A stretch of 64,000 bases of DNA, taken from NCBI RefSeq assembly GCF_026210795.1, contig NC_089436.1, forward strand, positions 1,488,001-1,552,000, written 5' to 3'. Shown piece after piece: positions 1-13,687 of this stretch (position 1 is its first letter; each line of letters opens with the position of its first letter). The translations under genes were made by a program, and so were the position numbers. This DNA is from Rhizophagus irregularis (Eukaryota). Under the pieces are notes generated by a model. That model searched no databases. It saw only the letters and a program-made list of their open reading frames with translations, and was not told where the DNA came from.

Positions 1-1854
1 GGTTTATACTTATATGTCGTTAGTCAGGCCGTTGGAAGTACAGTAGCATTAAGTAAGTTTTTTTTTTTACGATATTTTTTTTATGTCGACGAATTTGCTC
101 CTTATATTTATCATACATTAACTTCAAAATAATAGATTATTTAAAGACTCAATGGGTAGCGCCACTTGGGTCTATATCATTGATATTTAATTTCATTTTC
201 GCTAAATTACTTGTTGGAACAGAAATTACAAATAAGGATGTTATAGGAACATTTATTGTATTAATATCAGTATGCTGGATTGTTTTCTCTGGAGGTCAGA
301 GTAACAGCCATGAGGGTAAGTCACAGTAAAGACCTAGCCAATTTAATTTTATGTTTAACAAATCCATCCCTTTCATATAGATACCAAAATAAATTTTTAT
401 ATAAATAAGGTCTCCCATCCTTTTTTTTTGTTAAACATAATTTTTTAATTGGTACGGCCTAATATACAATTCTCACTTTTTTTTCATTTTTTTCTCACTA
501 TTTTCTTTCTGTCTTAATAATGTATTAGAATCATCATTAACAATGAATTCTTTAAAGTCACTAATAATACGACCAGTATTCATTATATTTTTCTCAATAT
601 TAAATTTTATAACATTGATATTGCTTTTTGGAGGAATATATTGTAAATGGATCCTATTAAATGAAAAACGTAAGGAACGCAGTGGATGTTTTAAAAACAT
701 TGGAACACCAAACTTAAAGAAATTGACTGGTATCGATATAGCAATAGTTGCTGGATTATTTGCCAGTCAAACTCTTCTCTTGGCTAAATCTGGGTAATTA
801 TCCAAAATATGAAAAAAAATTTCGTTATTACGAAAAACAATTTTTTTTTCTCAAATTAATATATATATATATATATATAAATACAGGGTGAAATTGGCTT
901 ATGTTTCAATAAAAACTCAAGTCAATCAATTTACTGACCTGATTGGATGGTTTGTTCTTATATTTCTTATAATAACTGCGATTCTTCAGGTAAATTCTTT
1001 TGTGTTTCACGCGTAAAAAAAAGTATTTCGATTAAAAAATAATTATAATACTTCTTTAGATTGTCTGTTTAAATGAAGCGGTTAAACTTTGTGATTCAGT
1101 ACTAGTAATGCCAATATTCCTTGGCTTATATACTACAATGGGCTTGATAAATACCATGATTTACCTTGATGAATTTTCATCATATCCAGTATGGGCATTA
1201 GTATCAGTATTCGTTGGTATAATAGGTCTCACTTATGGAGTGGTATTATTATCTCATATAAAAGATGATGTATCGACTTCAGATATTGAAGATGAAGATT
1301 TAAATTCGATTCATAAAGATGATGATGATAAATCATTTAGTGGTCTTAGTTCAACATGGAGTAGTGATACCTTGTTTGATAAAAAGAAGAATGCGAAAAA
1401 TAAAAGATGGAGTGGTGGTATTAAAGATTTCTTTAAAAAAGATAATAATAATAATATATCAAAAATGAAAAATCATAAAGGAAGAAGAGGAAAATTTGAA
1501 AAACTAGAGTTAAATGATGATTATGAAGAAAAGAATTCTAGTAGTATATTTGTAGGATTTAAAGGGTTTAAAGGGTTTAAAGGATTTTATCATAATGGAT
1601 CCGTTAAAAGTGATGGTTATAATAGTGAATATAATAGTTATTATAGTAGTGAAAATAATAGTAACTTTAGTATTGGTGATAATAGTGATAATAATAGTGA
1701 TATAGATCTTAATATCAATAATCCAATTATGGTGAAAGAATGGAGTGGAGATTTAGGTAGTATAATTAATCTAGATAAACTTATTACTGAAAGTGCAATT
1801 GGAAAGAGAATTATCGCGGAAAATATGGAGAAAGAAGGTGGATTGGCTGTATAA
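1..1854 (+). CDS. Multi-exon NIPA/DUF803-like magnesium-transporter-family membrane protein (5' end outside window)
   Basis: Spliced exons read YLKTQWVAPLGSISLIFNFIFAKLLVGTEITNKDVIGTFIVLISV, GLFASQTLLLAKSG and CLNEAVKLCDSVLVMPIFLGLYTTMGLINTMIYLDEF, the hydrophobic pattern of NIPA family proteins. GT-AG introns present; long low-complexity C-terminal tail. Confidence 0.65.
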
Positions 1855-2150
1855 AAACTCATAAAAATCATGTAAAAAAAGAACAGTTTAACTATATACT
1901 AAATTATCACATGCATATTATAAATAATACAATTTTTAAAACACAATCGTGAATCATAAATGCAATAAAATGTTCAATAATAGGTATAATAGTAATATTT
2001 TATTAAAATAATATCTTTCTAAATTAATATAGTATATAATTATTTATTAGCATGATTCTAATGTATTTTAATTATTAAGAATGTTTTAACAAGTATTAAA
2101 ATAAAGATACAGTATATATTTATGTATGTATATATGTTTCAAATTTAGTT

Positions 2151-3652
2151 TCACTTTTTAATAATTCTAAATACTTCATATTCATCAATTTTAAAGCTTC
2201 CTGCATCAGTAACTTTGTCGATATAATCATCTTTTTGACAACTACAACTTCCCTCTTGATCAAACTTTCCTTTCATAGATAAATCTTTATCACCAAAACA
2301 AGGACCATATTCTTTTCCACTAAATCTAATGGCATAACAACTTCTATGTCTGCTCACCCTACATAGTTTATTATCTTCAATCATTCCCCTGTTTCCGAGT
2401 GTAAATAAGAAACTATCTTCGGTATTCCAGTAACCTTCTTTAGATGACCATACTACAGGCGAATATCCTCCTATAATTTCATTTGTACAATGAATTTTCA
2501 TTACCACGATTGTACGACCTTTCTCATCACATTTTTCATGAAATGTACTGGAATCAAATCCATCACGTGTTCCCCTAAGTAATAACTGGAACCTGTATGG
2601 GTTTTCTTCGTACAAATAACGTTTTTGTCCCAAACTATCAATTCTATCAATCCAACTCGATAATAATGCCACGTGATACGGTCTCAATAAACATGAGTCA
2701 AATTGCAATCTCTTTGCTAATTTTTCAACGGGTTTTGGTGGAGTTGTTGGCTTCAAATGATATTTCATCACTTCTTCCAATGTACTTTTTGGTAAAATAT
2801 CTCTAAACGGCCAAACTTTATCATAAAAATCTGATGAACTTATTTGCAAAAATCCGATCAACGGAATACATTCTTTTAATGTCGTACCCAGCTGTTCAAA
2901 ATTTTCTTTATTCCATTGTGAAATATTTTCGATATTTAAATTCTCATTTTGTGCCACTCCCCACTTAATCAAATAATCCCAAATTTGAACTTCTTCAATT
3001 TGTAAATTATCCAACTTTAAAAATGAAACTAATAATGAAGAATCGAGTAAGAGGAAGTCGGGAGATTTAAATAAATATGTCGGGTCTTTACAAATTATTG
3101 ATAAACAATATTCTTGTAATTTTCTACATGAATCATAATTATTTATCCTTTTCCAAAGCGTTATTAAATTATCTTCCAACCACCCAACTTCATAATGTAA
3201 TAAATATTCTTGAACATATTCCGAAAGTTCTGTTAATAAGAGTTCATCAGTTGCAATTAATAATTCTAATGCTTCCATCATCGACTTATTCATCATATCC
3301 ACGTTACCACTGTACATAAACCTAGTAATTATTAAAAAAAAAAAAGTTAGGTAAAAAAAATGTAATCCATTTCCAAAAGGGACGAACTAACTTACTTTAA
3401 GATTACTTCAAAAACTTTTGGACTTATATTAGGTTTGGAGAACTTTATAATATCTCCTTCTTTTTTAGCCCAGTTTTTTGAAAGTGCTTGACGAAAATAT
3501 GGTGACCTTGCTCTTAATATTATAGAGTGTGCCTGAAAAATTTTAGTATTTGGAGCTTCGCCTACTTCTATTACTACATTGTATTCTTCTAGTCCATCTG
3601 TTAAAATATGTAGGATATCACTAGATAACGAAGCCCAGAATTTTGTCGACAT
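2151..3652 (-). CDS. BTB/POZ-BACK-TLDc domain protein (2 exons)
   Basis: Exon 1 has BTB motif YNVVIEVGE..KIFQAHSIILRARSPYF. Intron 3395-3322 (GT..AG) joins in frame to KFMYSG. C-terminal TLDc motifs LLLRGTRDGF, IIGGYSP, GPCFG, IDEYEVF. Confidence 0.9.
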
Positions 3653-4105
3653 ACTTTTCTTTTTTTTTTAAAAAAAAAATTGAATTATTTTCTAATAAGA
3701 ATATGTTAGGCAAAAGAGTTAAAGAATAAAAAGAAGAGTATTATATATAAAAAAAATTTTTAGATGCATTAGTTTCACAACATGCAGTCAAATGATTCCA
3801 GTCTCCCATTTATTTATATACGCCATGATATATGATAATCAAAAGCAAATCATAATTTAATGATTTAAACCCCTTTTATTTTATTAATGATTTTCAGCGT
3901 TACATCATGATATTATAACATGTAAACGTGGAGTGACTGAGGAGTGCACAATGTGATCAATGAACTAATTTGTTTTGTAATACAATTTCGTAATTTTACA
4001 CAGGATTTTCAAATTTTTAAATTTATGACATCGATTTACTATTTGTTCTGTTAAACAATTAAACAATAAATAAATAAATAAAAATTTCTTGATTTAGTTT
4101 AAAAA

Positions 4106-6065
4106 TCATGGTTCCTTAATAATTTCTGAACGTTGACTTTCATCAATAATTCCCGCAATCTAAAAAAAAGAAAAAAAAAATCGGAATTTTTAATATAAAT
4201 ATAATTAGCAATTTACAATTTTTCCTAGTTGAACCTCACCTTGAGAATTTCTTTATCAACTTTATCTTTTCGGTTATTTAATCGCTTTGAAGATTCATTA
4301 TCTTCCCATTTCCAGTCTCTCATTTGTTTCTCTCTAGCACCTTCACCGCCCATTCCCACCACTTCAATTTCTAACACTTCAAACCTCGTATCAAAAAATG
4401 ATCTTGTTGCACTTAGTTTAAAAGTATTTGCCAAATTTCGAAGAGCATCATTTCTATATCTTCCATGTTGCAAAGTATTATCCAATTGAATAACAAATGA
4501 ATTTGCATCCGTTGATACAATTTTACTTGAAGTTGGACCTGATGTAGCGATTCCTCCAAATCCTATTCCAAATGTAGGATTATAATAGATGTAATTCTTG
4601 TTGTGATTGGATGCAGGGAATACTTCAAAATTAGGATATAATTCAAATAAAAAACATTCTGCAGAACCAAAACATGTTCGTGGAGAGGATGTGGAACGCC
4701 ATTGTTCTGGTATATAAGCACCAATTAAGATTTCTTTCTTTGAAGATGAAGCTTGCTCGCTATGTCTATCTGATGTCAACTCAGCCCGAATTATCATAAG
4801 CGTGGGTCCAGTATACTTAAAGACGTGAGTATTAAATCGATTCATACTAAATCCATGTTTACTTCCCGAATATAGATAATTCCATTCTTTCTTTCTTAAA
4901 ACTTTTTCTGGTAACATCAAACTCAATAAAGCCAGATTAATTGGATTCAAGTATTCTGACGTCTCATCTAATTTTGGCAAAAGTTGTACATGAGGACCGA
5001 TCATAACAGATTTTTTACGATGTTGTGACAATGTCTGTCCAATCAAAAATTGTCCATAAAAGAAGGGTTTAAATATATCAAACTCATTTGGAATATTACG
5101 CTGCATGAAATCTTTGAAAATTGGCCATTTTATATAAGTTTGAGGAGAAATAATCTGTGAATAAGGAAGATTGCGAAGATCTGTATCATATCTTGCCATA
5201 TGTTCAACAATTGGAGTTATAACTTTAAGAATTTGTTCAGCGTTCGTTGAATGTTCGAATACATCTTTTGTGAAAGTAATTTCATTGGTCATTAGCCAAA
5301 TTATGCCTGTTAATATTTTTATCATTTCAGTACAAGATACTTTGGAAACAATATAAGTTTCTTCATTTTCTTGTTTTCCAAGTCCAAGAGCTTTTAAAAA
5401 TGCGGCATCATCGTCGAGGTCAATGGAATCAATTTTCAATGTTCCAACTTCTGATGTTTCATCTTCCTGCACACCAGAAACCTTGCTTTCAGGATATTCA
5501 GTATAAGGAGGCTGTTTTTCGTAAGACACTCCCATTTTAGGTGTTATCCCAAGAGTTGAGTGTTCTTCATGTATAGCAAAAGATTCAAATATAAGCTTAA
5601 TACGATCCTCTAATATAACATCATGAACTTTATCACAGTATATCGCAATGGCCTTTATAAGGCCATCATATGTCAATAGATTCTCTTTGTGAGCTGGTGA
5701 TGGGTAACTGGCTAGATATGTGAATGAACGATAAATAATTGGCCCAATTCCTATTTCATCAGGGAATCCCAAATATTGCTAAAATTAAAAAGAAAATGGC
5801 ATAATTGATATAGTATTTTATACTTAATAAATATAATATTATATATATTTTATGTACTCACAATTAAAACTTCTTCTTCGATGACTTCTCTACCATTTTT
5901 TATACTTGCCAAATTTTCAAAAGTACTCTGTAAGGAATAACTTTCCAAATTCGAAAAATTTTTCCTTAATAAATTATTTGAAATATTATAATTATGTAAT
6001 GATGATTGATTTAAATTATTTTCAGTTTGTGGAGGAGAACTTTCGACACTCCAAGTTTGACCCAT
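4106..6065 (-). CDS. TLDc-domain protein, Rtc5/MEAK7-like (3 exons)
   Basis: N-terminal MGQTWS (myristoylation-like). TLDc motifs YLYSGSKHGFSMNRF, GPTLMII, CFGSAECFLFEL, FEVLEIEVVGMGG. Last exon IAGIIDES...EP* ends at 4106. Confidence 0.75.
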
Positions 6066-6518
6066 TATTACTAGAAAAAATTACTAGAAAAAAATAACGA
6101 AAGAGTAAAAGTAAAAATTCTGTAGATAATTGCCCTATTTATTGCTGTATTTAAATTTGAATGGTGTTTATTTATCACAAGACCTGGAAAAACTTTAGTG
6201 TGGGAACTACAATAACAAAGTGCGCCAAAAGTAATTTCAAACCATTGTTAATCGGTCGGTTGTACGGTAGTTAGTTAAGTATTACGACTGGGGACGTAAT
6301 CTTCCCCATCAAAAAAATTTCACTATCACGTTACTACTTACGAAACCCAAAAATTTTCCTATTGGTTTACCCTTAGTATAATTATTAATTACTAATTACT
6401 ATAAAATTATGACATCCCAAACGTCGTCTTGAGTAACAACGTAAAAATGTTACGTTAGCCTCATTTGATGATAATCTTAAAAAAATACCTTTGATATTTA
6501 AATTTTTTTTTTGTAAAT
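6066..6518. promoter_or_regulatory. Probable bidirectional promoter between divergent TLDc and GluRS genes
   Basis: About 450 bp separate two head-to-head start codons. Position only; no specific site verified. Confidence 0.4.
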
Positions 6519-9500
6519 ATGACGATAGCTATTAATGTTTGTAAACAGGGAACAAATGTTCCTTATGGTATATGATATTTTCCTTAACGCTTTTTCTTTT
6601 CTTTTTCATATTTGTTGTAAAACTTAACCCTTTTTCTTTTAATTTAATAGGTATAATAGCATTAGCTCAATATATTAATGGTTTATCAAAAGCTTCAGAG
6701 CAAAAACTTGACATTCATTGGTATGAAACGATTGAAGGCATCAACAATACTTTTGTAGTTTTAAAAGTTGATAAGTAAGTTTTTGCTTTTAAATGTTCTG
6801 TTTATGTAATTCCTTTTTTTTAATAAATAATTGTATATATACAGTAATGACATTACCGGATCAAATAATGTTTCAAGATATTTAGCTAATAACTATAAGG
6901 ATTTGGATTTGTATGGAAATAATTCTGCATCTAAAACTATGGTATATTTTATTCTTAATGTCACTTATTTTATAAAGATCATTAATAAGTAAAATTATAT
7001 ATCTTTTTCTTAAGATTGATCATTGGATAGATTTTGCTACAGATAAATTGGAAACCAGTGATTTCAAAATTCTTGAAGCAGCATTTGATGAGATTAATCA
7101 TCATCTTACCCTTAGAACTTTTCTTGTTGGCTATAAATTATCTTTGGCCGATATTATTGTATGGGGAGCTCTTAAAAGTATGTGCCTTTTTTTCTTTTTT
7201 GGGGGGTTTTTTTTTTAAAAAAAAAAATTAAAATGCAATTTATAACATAAATTCTTAAAGATTCGGCAGCTTTCAATCGCCAGATTAAAACTGGAAAGGA
7301 AGCAGGAGGTCCTCATTTAATAAGATGGTTTAATTATATTAATTCGTTGGATTTTATTCAACAAGGAACAAATTGGATCGCCCAAAATGCAAAATCATCA
7401 GTATGTATAAAATAATTTATTAAATATAATATAGCAACTTTGAGCTAACAATACTCATATTGCAAGTCCAAAGTGGGGAAAGATCAACCAAATATGAATA
7501 TTGGATTGGTGGATGCCGAAGTTGGAAAAGTAGTTACTAGGTTTCCACCGGAACCTTCTGGATATTTACATATTGGACATGCTAAAGCTGTCATGTTAAA
7601 TCAATATTTTGCCCAAAAATATAAAGGAAAATTGATTGTTAGATTTGATGATACTAATCCCACAAAGGAAAAGGTGAGTTGTTGAAGAATGATTTATTTT
7701 TTTATTATATTTTATTTTTTAAAAGAAAAAAAAATTTAATAATTTTGCATTATTCATAGGAAGAGTTCGAGGAGAGTATTAAGGAGGATTTGACATTACT
7801 CGAAATTATTCCAGATAAAATAACATATACATCTGATTATTTTGATCAATTGTATCAGTATGCGATTAAGATTATTGAAAAAGGATTAGCTTATGTTGAT
7901 GATACTGATGTCTCTACTGTAAGTAATGTTAACATTATATGCAAAAAATTAAAAATAATAAAACATGATATTTGATAGATGAGAGAACAACGTATGGACG
8001 GTATTCCTTCAAAAAGTCGGGATTTGTCTGTTGAAAAAAATCTTGAAAGATTTAAAGAGATGACCGAAGGAACTGTGTTTGTATGTTATAATTAGCAGTT
8101 TGGCAATATTAATTTTTGATGGGCATTTTTTTTGATTATTAAAAAATTTAAATTTCAAGGGATTAAGTTGCTGTCTTCGAGCAAAAATAGATATGTCAAA
8201 TCCAAATAAAGCTTTACGTGATCCAGTAATTTACAGATGTGACCTAAATCCCCATCACCATACAGGGTATATAGTTAATTTTCAATTATATGTATGTATT
8301 TTGACATATATATATGATAACCTATTTTAAACATTCTCTGACAGAAATAAGTGGAAGCTTTATCCAACATATGATTTTGCATGTCCAATTGTTGATTCAA
8401 TTGAAGGAGTAACACATGCTTTAAGAACAAATGAATATCGAGATAGAAATGCTCAATATGATTGGTTTCTTCAATCTCTAGATTTAAGAAAAGTTCATGT
8501 TTGGGATTTTAGTAGACTGAATTTTGTTTATACATTGCTATCAAAACGTAAATTACAATGGTTTGTTAATCAAGGTCTTGTTAGTGGATGGGATGATCCA
8601 AGATTTCCAACTATTCGTGGTAAGTGCTGTAAAAAATAAATTATTTTTTTTTTCTAATCATAATATTGATTCATTTACTTTTATTTTAGGCATTCGGCGT
8701 CGTGGAATGACAGTTGAGGCCTTGAAACAGTATATATATACTCAAGGGGCATCGCAAAATGATGTAACATTAGAATGGGATAAATTATGGGCATTAAATA
8801 AAAAAGTTATTGATCCTGTTGCTCCTAGACACATATCAATTACCAAGCAAAATATGTATGTAATTATTTAAATACTATAATTTATGCTATTCACTCAATC
8901 TTACTTTGTTTTCATCCTTATAATTTAGAGTTAAAACAAGCATATTGGAGGGACCTGAAATTCCTTATTCTAAAGAGATAGCCAAGCACAAGAAGAATCC
9001 TAATGTTGGAAAAAAACAAACTTGGTTTGCTTCCAGCATTTGGATTGAACAGGAGGATGCAAAAACATTTGAGAATGAAGAAGAGGTATGGTAAAAAGAA
9101 TTATAATAAGTCATATATATGAATTTAATAGATCAAATTTTTTTACTTAGATCACACTTATGGATTGGGGTAATGCAATTGTTAAAACCATCCATAAATC
9201 TGAAACAAATTCAGATATTGTAACGGAACTTGAGTTACAACTTCATTTAGAGGGAGACTTCAAAAAAACAAAAAAGAAAATTTCTTGGTTAGCTAATACT
9301 GCGAATGTTTCTGAAGTAGTATTAATTGACTATGATTATTTAATAACCAAAAAAAAATTAGAAGAAGATGATAATGTTGAAGAGTTCGTTACTAAAAAAA
9401 GTGAGTTCTTAACGAATGCTTTAGCTGATAGTAATGTTAAGGAGTTAAAAAAAGGTAAGCGAGTAAAAATGTTATTTTGATTATTAGTTATTCCTAAAAA

Positions 9501-9959
9501 TAGGTTTAATGGTAAAAATTCTTATTTTTTAAAAGGAGATATAATTCAATTTGAGCGTCGTGGATATTACATTTTGGATAATGATGCTTTTGAATCAGCT
9601 CTTCGTTTTATTTATATTCCTGATGGTAAAGCTAGCAGTTTGGCATCTAAAGCTGATGAAGCAGAAAATGCTGGAAAACAAGGAAAAAAGAAAGAAAAGA
9701 ATAAAGAAATTAAAGAAATGATTACTACCAATACAGTTTCTGGTACTGCTTTTCCTGTTATTGATAAGGATGTTACAAAAAATATAAAGATGTATGGAGT
9801 TCCAGATATTTATGGTATGTATATATGATTTTTTTAAATTAATAATATTATATTTTTGTTAATATGTATTTTTTTTAATAAAAAATTTTAGGTGAAGTGC
9901 CAATGCCAACACCAGAGCAAATTTCAAAAATGTATAAAGTACCAAATATTTATTCTTAA
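6519..9959 (+). CDS. GUS1: Cytosolic glutamyl-tRNA synthetase with N-terminal GST-like domain (multi-exon)
   Basis: [20 protein letters not shown] (HIGH), [40 protein letters not shown] (KMSKS equivalent), [22 protein letters not shown] at 6519, TAA at 9957-9959. Confidence 0.95.
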
Positions 9960-10101
9960 TAGATTAATGTTTGAAGTAAAATCAAAGTTTATAAAAATTA
10001 TCTAATTTAAAGTATATTAATAAAATATATTTTAATATATATAAAGAATTATATTTTTTTATACTAAATAATATAAATATTTATGTTTAATTTTAAGAAA
10101 T

Positions 10102-10246
10102 AATTTATTTATCGCACGTGCGATGCAAATTTTTATGTTTATCATTGCCATTTTAAGGGGGGTGGCGATGTATAAGCAGGTTGATCAACATAAATAATTT
10201 ACAAAAAAGGAAAGTGGCGATGCATCGCACGTGCGATGAATAAATT
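10102..10246. mobile_element. ~145-bp MITE-like element with 26-bp terminal inverted repeats
   Basis: aatttatttatcgcacgtgcgatgca (10102-10127) matches the reverse complement of 10221-10246 with one mismatch. Each arm contains the palindrome atcgcacgtgcgat. No TSD confirmed. Confidence 0.55.
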
Positions 10247-11825
10247 TACTCTAATTTTAAATAATATTTTAAACTTTATATATAATGGTTTCTGTTTTTT
10301 AGTTTTAAAATTAGAGTAAAAACTGAAATATATATTGTCCTAATATTAATATAATAATAACTATTATTAGCAAATTTTTTTTCAAATTTGCAAAATATGC
10401 AGGTACTTGCCCATATTTTATTAGACTTAGTAAATATAAAATATCTTTATATTTACCAATTCATTTATTAAAAAGTCCTGTACTATCCATTATTAGTTAT
10501 TGACTATTTGTGGTAAACTGGAATTCTTAGTTATGGCCAATACTATTTATATATGTTTTATTAATGAATTATTTATTTATATAGTTAGATCACTTTACCT
10601 ATATAAAGAATTTTTCTTATAGCTATATAATTATAAATAAGTAATTCAGATCATACTATTTTGCAAAAAGTAAATAATTAAACAAATAAACTAATCTTAT
10701 ATGATACAAAATCAAGCATTTTTATTGGTTAAAATTAGTATTATAATTGAATGTTGGGGGTCTTCACAAAAAACGTAATTGAGATTGAGATTGATAGAAT
10801 TTTCAATCTTAATATGTTAGTAAGATTAAAATTGTATATTAAATTTCAATCTTACCTAAAAATACTAGGAGAATAAACTTCCTTATAAAACTAATATTAG
10901 ATATAGTAATACTAGGCAAAACTATTTGATAAATTTATTTCTAAACTTAAATTTATTCTGAAACCTAAATGTATATCTGAAATGACAAAATATATTTATA
11001 GTATAATATATTTAGTAAATGTAAATTGATTATCGTTTAATGTATTATCAAATAAATATTAATAAATTTCTACATCTTTATTATTGTCTAATTCATCTTT
11101 ACTACCAGTTCATTATCTTATCTCAGTTCAGTTTAGCTGTGACATCTTGTCACAGCGGCGCAGTAGAATTTGCATGCAGCAGTGTAGTGTTTACGTAAAA
11201 CTGAATCCTATCCACACTAAAAATAATAGATAAATTTTTTCAAGAAAAAAATAGACAATGATATATATACTCGTAGAGCAATATTATATTATTATATTTT
11301 TATTTTCCCGAGATCATACTACACATTTTACTTTAAAATATTTGAATGTTTTTATTACTCAACGAAATCCTTTTGTATAAAGAGGAAATTCATCAGTTTC
11401 AGTGATTGACTAATATTTAATTAAATAAAAAAAAAAAGGACCCAACGAACTTTGTTTTTAGCAATTCTTTTGACGTATAATACATATTTATCGATAGCAT
11501 TTTACATAACATACACAAGTTAAAAATAAGGCTTGGCGAAACTTTATTAATTTGATTGAACAGTAGATAAAAAAACGAGTAATGAGTTTTTCTGATCCAT
11601 AGCCCCTCAATCATAAATTTCAGAAAAAATAAAAATAATTAGGTTATATCAGTTGATCATTCCCGGTTTTTGTACCGTGAAATTTCAAAACTGATCACAA
11701 AATAGCAAAAATAAAAATAAAATTTATTCCAACACACCCACCTCTAGATTTTATTTTTAGTTACTAAACTAAATTTTTCTTTTATTTGAAGTACTGATAA
11801 GAAAAAATGAAAGTAATCAATGAAT

Positions 11826-11969
11826 GCTAGGGGACCGCGTTATGAGACCGGCACATAGGCTCTCGGTCTTTTCCAAACACTGATCCTTATCTAACAACCA
11901 GGCTAGGGGACCGCATTATGAGACCGGCACATAGGCTCTCAGTCTATTCCAAACACTGATCCTTGTCTA
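11826..11969. repeat. Two-copy direct repeat, 76-bp period
   Basis: gctaggggaccgcrttatgagaccggcacataggctctcrgtctwttccaaacactgatccttrtcta at 11826 and 11902. Confidence 0.85.
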
Positions 11970-13687
11970 GCAAGTTTGATTACAATGGTAAAGAAAAAAA
12001 AATAAAAGTCGCAATAGCAAACTACATTCCCATGCAATATATCTCATTTCCTCTGAAATTTTTTTTGCTACACGTACGATATTCTTTTTTTTTGGCAGAT
12101 TTCGTGTAATCATGATAGACATCATCATTATGTCTGAAAATTCTCTGAAATAATGTAATTAGAAAAGCCTCATTAAATCTGTGTAACAATAAGTAATAAT
12201 ACATACTTCTATCAATAGCATCATCTTGTAAATATCCGCTAACTTTACCCAGTCGTCCTCAAATTTCTGAGGCACCTCTAGCTCGAAAATTTTTTCGGCA
12301 AGACATTTATCTTTATCGGCCAAGCATACTCGCCAGGATTCACTTTGATTTTCTAGTTTATTGTTTGAAAGTCAGCACCAAATGTTTATTTTTGAAGGCA
12401 ATACAATTCTAAAAACTAAACTATGTACTATATATGTTAATACGATATATTTCCTAGATATTTCTGCATCCCCTTGTCTGTTAGTCCAGAATCTCTTACA
12501 AAGAGTATCAACCGCGTTACGAAATGATCTCTGAAATTTTTCAAGATACGACTTGTTAGAAAGTAATTTAGCTTTTTTAAAGAATCTAATCTCTTAACAT
12601 ACCTGTGATATTTTGGAGGTTTTGTTTTTCCTGGCGAGCACACATTCTCAAACACCAATCTTTCGATCTTGCTATTATTATCAAAAAGTATCCCATCGCA
12701 TTTTCGACCGGTCTTCTTATTAGATTTGTATACGTTTCGTCTTCATTTTGACGATGGGTATATCATTTCGCACCACGAACTTATGAATAGGCTAGGTTCT
12801 TTGTTTTTCAATACTTCAAAATCCGGAGCAATCCACGTAGCAATTTCACCGTATAAATACATGATTTATTATAAACAACGGGTAGAACCTCTCGTCAAAT
12901 TCATCGTCAGTTTTGTCATAGTCGTTTTCGTCTCCTACATCATCTTCTATTAAGCTAGACATAAGATGGATAGTTAATAAATAAATAATCGTATTGATTT
13001 ATACTACCACTGACCTTTCGACATTATCACAATTTGAATATTTTTCCAGTGGACTAGTTTCACGGCGTCTTCTCTTGCTTTCACGGGCAAGATCATCTAC
13101 CCATTTTTGTCCGATGATAGTGTCAAACTCCATAACTCTTTTTTCTGCATTTGCCCTATGCTGAGAGTTAAAAAATATATCATAAATAAACACGGAACCA
13201 CTCCAAAATTTCTCAAAGTTATGCAATATTTAAATATATTTATACCTCTGCAGAATGTTCAGTAAGCTTACTCCAGTATTGATGACAATCTTCAGATGTT
13301 TTGCATACTGCCTCATTTCCTTTTCTAATTTAATAGGCCTTCGACCACATCTTTAAGAGCTTGTTCTGCTTGGATTCGTTGGTCGTGCTTGAATTTAAGC
13401 TCTTCAAAAAATAACATTGCGACTTCCGGACTTTTCATTGATGGAAATCAAACCTTCTGTATTTAATTTTTTTCTTTTATAATTTCCACGAGTAGACGAT
13501 TGCGTAAAGTCTTCGGATCTGGGTTTCCCCTCTTTCTAAGAATTGGGTTTCGCCCCATTCTTTAGGATTAAAAACTAAAACACGAAAAAATAAGATCACG
13601 CGTAAATCTATAAACACGTGCAAATTACCCAATTCTGATCGTTTCCTCAGAAAAAAAAATTGATATGTCTGTATTACAGTCGGTACC

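Noticed and set aside
12000..13500. Short minus-strand ORF fragments with possible splice sites
   Set aside because: Probably a degenerate gene, but no recognisable motif or reliable structure could be supported.
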